A stretch of 64,000 nucleotides of DNA, from positions 211,763 to 275,762 of the forward strand of contig JALHDB010000001.1 of the NCBI GenBank assembly GCA_022840825.1, in the 5' to 3' direction. The notes below the pieces were generated by a model, which was not told the origin of the DNA, made no database searches, and was given only the letters and a program-made list of their open reading frames with translations. Source of the stretch: Negativicutes bacterium. Its GTDB lineage: Bacteria > Bacillota > Negativicutes > JALHDB01. Positions 58,317 to 64,000 of the stretch are shown here, one piece after another; positions within the stretch are counted from its first letter, which is position 1, and each line of letters starts with the position of its first letter. The translations under genes and the position numbers were made by a program.

Positions 58317-58702
58317 TTTTTTATACTTTCCGTATTTTCAAAAATAAACGCCGGACTTGGGTAAAAGAATTGACAATGAAGCGGTCTAAAGTCATCGGTT
58401 TTAAACCGGTCCATAACAGCACGAGAAACTTTTTCTTCAAAATCTAGCAAAGTATCTTTTGTTACATCTGCATCTTCGACAAGTATTAATAAAAATGGGC
58501 TTACCTCAGGAGCATCGTCGGGAACTTCACTGCGGTTCAACGGTAATCCGGGAATAACTTTTAAAGTACCGTAAATGTTTTGTTCTTCATCGGTTACCAG
58601 GCAGCGAAACGTGTTAAAATATAAGGTCTTAGTGATTTTAATAATTGGCTTAGCTGGAATAAGTGACAAAGTAATACATCCTTTCAATAAAAAATTTAAC
58701 AA
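58313..58702 (-). CDS. hypothetical protein (129 aa)
   Basis: TTG start with a weak RBS. Acidic protein with no recognisable family. Confidence 0.35.
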   Translation of the reverse strand: MLNFLLKGCITLSLIPAKPIIKITKTLYFNTFRCLVTDEEQNIYGTLKVIPGLPLNRSEVPDDAPEVSPFLLILVEDADVTKDTLLDFEEKVSRAVMDRFKTDDFRPLHCQFFYPSPAFIFENTESIKN

Positions 58703-59024
58703 TAAAAATTATAACATGAAGTTCTTTGAAAGTAAAAAATAACAAATCTTTTGCTAAAATGAAACAAATTTAACTAAACTGAAAATTAAAAAAATTATCA
58801 AGTAGTAAACTGTTGTGTCGTATAAATGTACATTTGTTAAAGTTTGTCTATAAATAAAAATTGCTTTTAACGATTCAAAATAAAAGGAATTTAAAGTGTT
58901 ACATCGAACCAATAAATAATATAATCTAATATCGCTTTAGTATTCTTATGTACACGGTCACGAGTCAGGGGGGGGAGAATATTTACGTGACCTAAGCGCT
59001 ATTAACAATTTTAGGAGGGAAACT

Positions 59025-59993
59025 ATGAAAAAATTACTGGCTATTGTAACTGTTTGTTTATTGCTGGTTGTAATGGTCGCTGGCTGTGGACAATCATCCA
59101 AGACCGAGAACAAAGCTCCAGCTCAGAAATTTATCAATATTGCTACCGGTGGTACCGCTGGTACATATTATCCGCTTGGTGGAGCAATTGCTGAAATTTT
59201 AAATAAAAATATCCCTGGCGTAAACGCTAGCGCCCAAAGTACCGGAGCTTCAGTTGCAAATATTAACCTTCTGAGCACTGGCAAAGTTGATATTGCTTTT
59301 GTACAAAACGATATTACTTATTATGCAGCTAATGGCACCGAAATGTTCAAAGGTAAAAAAGTTGCCAATTTGAAAGGTTTAGCAACCTTATATGCTGAAA
59401 CAGTTCAAATCGTAACTTTAAAGAAAACCGGAGTTAAAACAATTGCCGATCTGAAAGGCAAACGGGTAGCAGTTGGTGCAGCAGGAAGCGGTACTGAAGC
59501 TAATGCTCGTCAAATTCTGGAAGCTTATGGTATTACTTATAAGGATCTTAAAGTTCAATACCTGTCCTTCGGCGAAGCTGCCAGCAGCTTGAAAGACGGC
59601 AATGTTGACGCTGCGTTTGTAACTGCAGGGTTCCCAACTGCTGCTATTCAAGATATTGCTGCCCAACACGAATTAGTATTAATTCCTGTTGATGCTGCTA
59701 AAGCTGACGCTATGATTAAAAAGTATCCGTTCTATACAAAAGTTGTAATTCCAGCCAAAACTTATCCAAATGTAACTACCGATACTCCTGCAGTAGCTGT
59801 TAAAGCTATGCTGGTTGTTACTGATAAGATGGATGCTGATATGGGTTATAAAGTTGCTAAGGCTATTTACACTAATGGTGATAGACTGAAGGCTGCTCAT
59901 TCACAAGGTAAGAATATTACCAAAGATACGGCTACTCAAGGTATGTCAATTAAATTGAATGCCGGCGCCGAAAAATTCTATAAAGAAAAATAA
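59025..59993 (+). CDS. TAXI family TRAP transporter solute-binding protein
   Basis: Lipoprotein signal (VAGCG). TAXI signature TGGTAGTYYPLGGAIA. Confidence 0.85.
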   Translation: MKKLLAIVTVCLLLVVMVAGCGQSSKTENKAPAQKFINIATGGTAGTYYPLGGAIAEILNKNIPGVNASAQSTGASVANINLLSTGKVDIAFVQNDITYYAANGTEMFKGKKVANLKGLATLYAETVQIVTLKKTGVKTIADLKGKRVAVGAAGSGTEANARQILEAYGITYKDLKVQYLSFGEAASSLKDGNVDAAFVTAGFPTAAIQDIAAQHELVLIPVDAAKADAMIKKYPFYTKVVIPAKTYPNVTTDTPAVAVKAMLVVTDKMDADMGYKVAKAIYTNGDRLKAAHSQGKNITKDTATQGMSIKLNAGAEKFYKEK

Positions 59994-60085
59994 GAGTAAT
60001 TCATATTATCATTAACATTTTTGAACCGGGGACCGGGCTTTCCGGTTTCCGGTTTGATTTTTATAATGGAAACTAGGGTGTAGTT

Positions 60086-60559
60086 ATGTCAATTTATAAG
60101 AAAATATTTTGGCCAGCATTGATTATTGTAGTTTTTGCTGCGGGATATTTGCTAAGCGGTTTATATGTTTTTATTGAAACAGATCAAGGTATTAAATATA
60201 CTATGCCTGCTTATGCCGGCGATAAATTGAGTTTATATTATATTCACTCTGTTCAGCTTACGCCTGTCTATGAAAATTTCGTTGTTAAGGGACCGGACGA
60301 TTTAATGCTTTACTCTACTCAATTTAGTTCATACGGGGTAGGATTGCCTTCCTTGCCAAGCGACGGAATTTTTACTCAAACCAAGGAAGGTTTTGATTTA
60401 AAAGTGGAACGTCACTTTTCAGTAGTTAAAGTACGCAGCGGTCCGGAGGCGAAACTTTCAATTATTTATAATGGACAGGTTTTGCCTGTGTATCAAGAAC
60501 TTCCTAGTGGTACTTTGATTCGTATTAGGGCAGGACGTTATTACACTCGTTGGTTGTAA
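60086..60559 (+). CDS. DUF1850 domain protein (TAXI-TRAP accessory)
   Basis: Single N-terminal TM. Conserved position between the TAXI SBP and the fused permease. Confidence 0.65.
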   Translation: MSIYKKIFWPALIIVVFAAGYLLSGLYVFIETDQGIKYTMPAYAGDKLSLYYIHSVQLTPVYENFVVKGPDDLMLYSTQFSSYGVGLPSLPSDGIFTQTKEGFDLKVERHFSVVKVRSGPEAKLSIIYNGQVLPVYQELPSGTLIRIRAGRYYTRWL

Positions 60560-60611
60560 GAATAAATGAAAAATGATATATTTTAGGAAAGTATGAAGGG
60601 AGGAATTTTTC

Positions 60612-62537
60612 TTGAGCAAAGAGATGAGCGCCGAGGAAGTCTTAAAAAAGTATGATAAAGAATCAGATACTATGAATTACAAAGGTTTAATGGCGCGCAT
60701 TGTAGCAGGCATTGCAATCATGTTTTCTGCTTTTCAATTGTATACAGCAATTTTCGGCGTAATGGATGCGCATTTGCAACGGGCAATCCATCTAAGTTTT
60801 GGATTGGTTCTGATTTTTTTGCTATATCCTACACGTAAGAACTGGTCGCGGGAAAAGTTGCATCCGGTGGATTTTTTGCTGGCAGTTTTAGGAGCATTAG
60901 CTCCGATGTACATTGTGGTTTTTTATAATGAATTAGTACTAAGAGCTGGATTAACCACTCCTACCGATTTAGTAGTTGGTTTATTGGGGTTGATATTAGT
61001 CATTGAAGCAGCAAGGCGTACTGTCGGTTGGCCGATGGTAATTGTTGCGCTGTTTTTCCTTGGTTATGCATTCGCGGGTCCGTTTATGCCCGGGTTGTTA
61101 GCACACCGGGGAGTTGGTCCTGGCGAACTTATTGACCACTTATTTTTTTCAACTGAGGGGATATTCGGTATTCCTCTGGGAGTCTCTTCTACCTTCATCT
61201 TCTTGTTTATTTTGTTCGGTTCGTATTTGGAGGCGACTGGTTTAGGAAAGTTTTTTATTGACTTGGCCAATGCCATCGCCGGATGGGCCAGTGGCGGTCC
61301 GGCTAAAGTAGCAGTTCTTTCCAGCGGCTTGATGGGAACTGTATCCGGCAGTTCAGTCGCTAATGTCGCCGGTACCGGAAGTTTTACCATTCCAATGATG
61401 AAAAAACTTGGTTACAGTAAAGAATTTGCCGGTGCTGTTGAAGCAGCAGCATCAACAGGCGGACAGTTAATGCCACCGGTTATGGGAGCGGCAGCTTTTC
61501 TCATGGCGGAATTTGTTGGTGTTGCATATATTGAAGTTGTAAAAGCAGCTGTTATTCCGGCATTACTATATTTCAGCGGTATTTGGATCGGTGTTCATTT
61601 TGAAGCCAAGAAAAACGGATTGAAGGGAGTGCCACGGGAAGAGTTACCGAAGTTTATGGAGTTATTTGTTTCCCGGGGGCATTTGGCAATCCCGTTAGTG
61701 GTAATCGTATATTTACTTGTTGTTGGCTATACACCGATGCGGGCCGCTCTATGGGCCATTTTCCTGTCGATAGCAGCCTCAATGTTACGTAAGGAAACAA
61801 GAATTTCATTTATGGATATCATTCAAGGATTAATTAACGGAGCTAAAGGAGTTCTAGGTGTATTAATTGCCTGTGCTACAGCCGGAATTATTATCGGTGT
61901 CGTTACGAAAACAGGCGTTGGCCTTAAACTTGCAACTGCTTTGTTAGATTTAGCCGGAGGAAAATTATTGCCGGCCATGTTCTTTACGATGATTACTTCA
62001 ATAATACTAGGGATGGGTGTGCCGACTACTGCGAATTATGTTATTACTTCAACAATTGCCGCACCGGCCTTAGTACAAATGAATGTTCCGGTTTTAGCTG
62101 CCCATATGTTTGCGTTCTATTTTGGAATTATTGCAGACGTAACACCGCCTGTTGCTTTGGCCGCTTATGCCGGTTCGGGTATTGCCGGCGGAAATCCGAT
62201 GAAAACAGGTGTTAATGCGGCTAAACTGGCAATTGCGGCATTTGTTATTCCATATATATTTGTACTATCACCAAGCATATTGATGATCAAAGCAACAGTC
62301 CCAACCTTGATCTGGGTTACAATAACCGCGTTGCTTGGTATGCTGGGATTGGGCGTATCAATGATCGGATTCTTTATTACCAATGCTAATATTTTGGAAA
62401 GAATTATATTCTTTGTCGGCGGTTTAATGATGATTGATCCGGGTGGATTTACAGACCTTGTTGGTGTCGGTCTATTAGCTACAGCTACAATAATACAAGT
62501 CCTGAAAAAGCGTCGTCAGAAACATTCAGTTAAATAA
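60612..62537 (+). CDS. TRAP transporter fused permease (DctQ-DctM fusion, TAXI type)
   Basis: 641 aa, ~18 TM. Confidence 0.85.
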   Translation: MSKEMSAEEVLKKYDKESDTMNYKGLMARIVAGIAIMFSAFQLYTAIFGVMDAHLQRAIHLSFGLVLIFLLYPTRKNWSREKLHPVDFLLAVLGALAPMYIVVFYNELVLRAGLTTPTDLVVGLLGLILVIEAARRTVGWPMVIVALFFLGYAFAGPFMPGLLAHRGVGPGELIDHLFFSTEGIFGIPLGVSSTFIFLFILFGSYLEATGLGKFFIDLANAIAGWASGGPAKVAVLSSGLMGTVSGSSVANVAGTGSFTIPMMKKLGYSKEFAGAVEAAASTGGQLMPPVMGAAAFLMAEFVGVAYIEVVKAAVIPALLYFSGIWIGVHFEAKKNGLKGVPREELPKFMELFVSRGHLAIPLVVIVYLLVVGYTPMRAALWAIFLSIAASMLRKETRISFMDIIQGLINGAKGVLGVLIACATAGIIIGVVTKTGVGLKLATALLDLAGGKLLPAMFFTMITSIILGMGVPTTANYVITSTIAAPALVQMNVPVLAAHMFAFYFGIIADVTPPVALAAYAGSGIAGGNPMKTGVNAAKLAIAAFVIPYIFVLSPSILMIKATVPTLIWVTITALLGMLGLGVSMIGFFITNANILERIIFFVGGLMMIDPGGFTDLVGVGLLATATIIQVLKKRRQKHSVK

Positions 62538-62608
62538 TGTGGTTGTTGTTCCCTTACTGGTAATACTAATTAATATAATTTATTAATATGTTAAGTGGGG
62601 GGATCTAA

Positions 62609-63859
62609 ATGAATACAGAAACTTTTAATCCGTTACAGGTAGTGCAAAGGCAACTTGCGGTTGCAGCCCAACGTCTAGGGTTGGACCCAGGTATTTACGA
62701 ATTGCTTAAAGAACCAGCCAAAGTATTAGAAGTTGGTATTCCTGTAAAAATGGACGACGGCTCCATTAAGGTGTTCCGTGGCTGGAGATCTCAGCATTCT
62801 CATGCAACCGGACCTACTAAAGGAGGTATTCGCTTTCATCCGGAAGTTTACTTGGATGAGGTGAAGGCTCTGTCAATGTGGATGACTTTTAAGTGCGGAG
62901 TGGTAGGTTTACCTTATGGTGGAGGAAAAGGTGGTATTCGGGTTGACCCTCGAAAACTTTCTACCAGAGAACTGGAGCAATTAACCCGTAAATATGTAGA
63001 CTCAATTGCGGAGATTATTGGCCCGGAGAAAGATATTCCCGCTCCTGATGTTTACACAACGCCGCAAATCATGAGTTGGTTTATGGATGAGTTCAGTAAG
63101 CTTAGGGGCTATAATGTTCCGGGAGTGGTCACTGGAAAACCTGTAGAAAATTCAGGCTCTGCAGGTCGAAGCTCGGCTACGGCGCGCGGATGTATGTTCG
63201 TAATCCGTGAGGCGGCTAAACAAATTAATTTACCTGCAGCAGGTACTACTGTGGCTATTCAAGGTTTTGGCAATGCCGGTAGCAATGCTGCAAAATTGTT
63301 GAATGATATTGGATGCAAAATTATTGCCGTTAGTGATAGCAAAGGCGGTATCTACGATCCGAACGGTCTAACACCCAGCGATGTAATAGCTCACAAAGCC
63401 CAAACCGGGACCGTTGTCGGTTTGGCTGGTGCACAGAGTATTACCAACGAAGATTTACTGACCAGTAATGTTGACATACTTATACCGGCGGCCTTTGAAA
63501 ATCAGATTACAACTGATATTGCAAAACGGGTAAAAGCAAAAATTGTGGCGGAAGCAGCCAATGGTCCTACTACTCCTGAGGCCGATGAAATACTATTTAA
63601 CAAAGGCATCATGGTTGTACCAGACATCTTGGCAAGTGCCGGTGGTGTTACAGTTTCTTACTTCGAATGGGTACAGAATATAATGAACTTTTATTGGACA
63701 GAAGCCGAAGTTAACCAGCGTCTTGAAGATATCATGGTTAAGGCATTTAAACAAATTTATGATATGCATACTAACATGAACGTTGATTTACGGCTGGCTG
63801 CTTATATGGTTGCATTGCAACGTATTGCAAACACAATTAAAAGTCGGGGCTGGATATAG
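62609..63859 (+). CDS. NAD(P)-dependent glutamate dehydrogenase
   Basis: Glu/Leu/Phe/Val dehydrogenase signature LPYGGGKGGIRVDP. Rossmann GFGNAGS. Confidence 0.95.
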   Translation: MNTETFNPLQVVQRQLAVAAQRLGLDPGIYELLKEPAKVLEVGIPVKMDDGSIKVFRGWRSQHSHATGPTKGGIRFHPEVYLDEVKALSMWMTFKCGVVGLPYGGGKGGIRVDPRKLSTRELEQLTRKYVDSIAEIIGPEKDIPAPDVYTTPQIMSWFMDEFSKLRGYNVPGVVTGKPVENSGSAGRSSATARGCMFVIREAAKQINLPAAGTTVAIQGFGNAGSNAAKLLNDIGCKIIAVSDSKGGIYDPNGLTPSDVIAHKAQTGTVVGLAGAQSITNEDLLTSNVDILIPAAFENQITTDIAKRVKAKIVAEAANGPTTPEADEILFNKGIMVVPDILASAGGVTVSYFEWVQNIMNFYWTEAEVNQRLEDIMVKAFKQIYDMHTNMNVDLRLAAYMVALQRIANTIKSRGWI

Positions 63860-63939
63860 TTTTTAATGTATTTTGTGTTTTTGTTATGTATAGGCAGGAT
63901 AATTCAAAGAAACCTTGAATCTAATATAAGATATTTTAT

Positions 63940-64000
63940 ATTTGTTAGGGAATAGGTGCCTATGCATAATAGGGAAGCCGGTGAAAATCCTGCACGGTCC
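63940..64000 (+). ncRNA. 5' part of a cobalamin (AdoCbl) riboswitch, truncated by the window end
   Basis: AATAGGGAAGCCGGTGAAAATCCTGCACGGTCC matches the conserved cobalamin-riboswitch core upstream of the B12 box (GGGAA...GGTGAAAATCC...GCACGGTCC). Confidence 0.55.

Noticed and set aside
1-64000. CRISPR arrays, tRNA/rRNA genes, IS elements, integrases
   Set aside because: No regularly spaced direct repeats, no cloverleaf-forming tRNA-like segments, and no transposase or recombinase ORFs were found by eye.

Overview
The window is 64 kb from a low-to-moderate GC Firmicute chromosome. The host is probably a diderm (outer-membrane-bearing) member of the Negativicutes. A secretin (pilQ), an RND efflux pump and an ArnT-like lipid glycosyltransferase support this, and sporulation is suggested by a sigK-like fragment.

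The core is ordinary chromosome:
- Transporters: BCCT, Na/Pi cotransporter-PhoU, MntH, CDF, AzlCD, a TAXI-type TRAP system, and an RND pump.
- A LexA-controlled dinB cassette.
- yqeG, a C-N hydrolase, and aroE.
- A 14 kb type IV filament locus inserted between aroE and aroC-aroK-aroB. It holds a ComG-like pseudopilin operon with ComFB but no ATPase. This is followed by convergent pilP-like and pilQ genes, then pilB-pilT-pilC-pilA-pilD-pilM-pilN-pilO.
- tldD, pfkA, larE-larB-larC plus an HD-GYP protein, and queC with a FolE2-like gene.
- An envelope-modification cluster: a YdjC-like deacetylase, a flippase-like membrane protein, an epimerase, and a GT39/ArnT-like transferase.
- Glutamate dehydrogenase, then a truncated cobalamin riboswitch at the 3' edge.

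The first ~4.5 kb is AT-rich and looks like a decayed mobile-element or prophage remnant. It has a GH25 endolysin with two small membrane/coiled-coil proteins and two tandem paralogous secreted proteins of unknown function. It also has a frameshifted pseudogene copy of the small dinB-partner gene and a decayed 3' fragment of a SigK/SigE-like sporulation sigma factor gene. Several well-formed small ORFs below the 60-aa track cutoff lie upstream of dinB, one of them Cys-rich.
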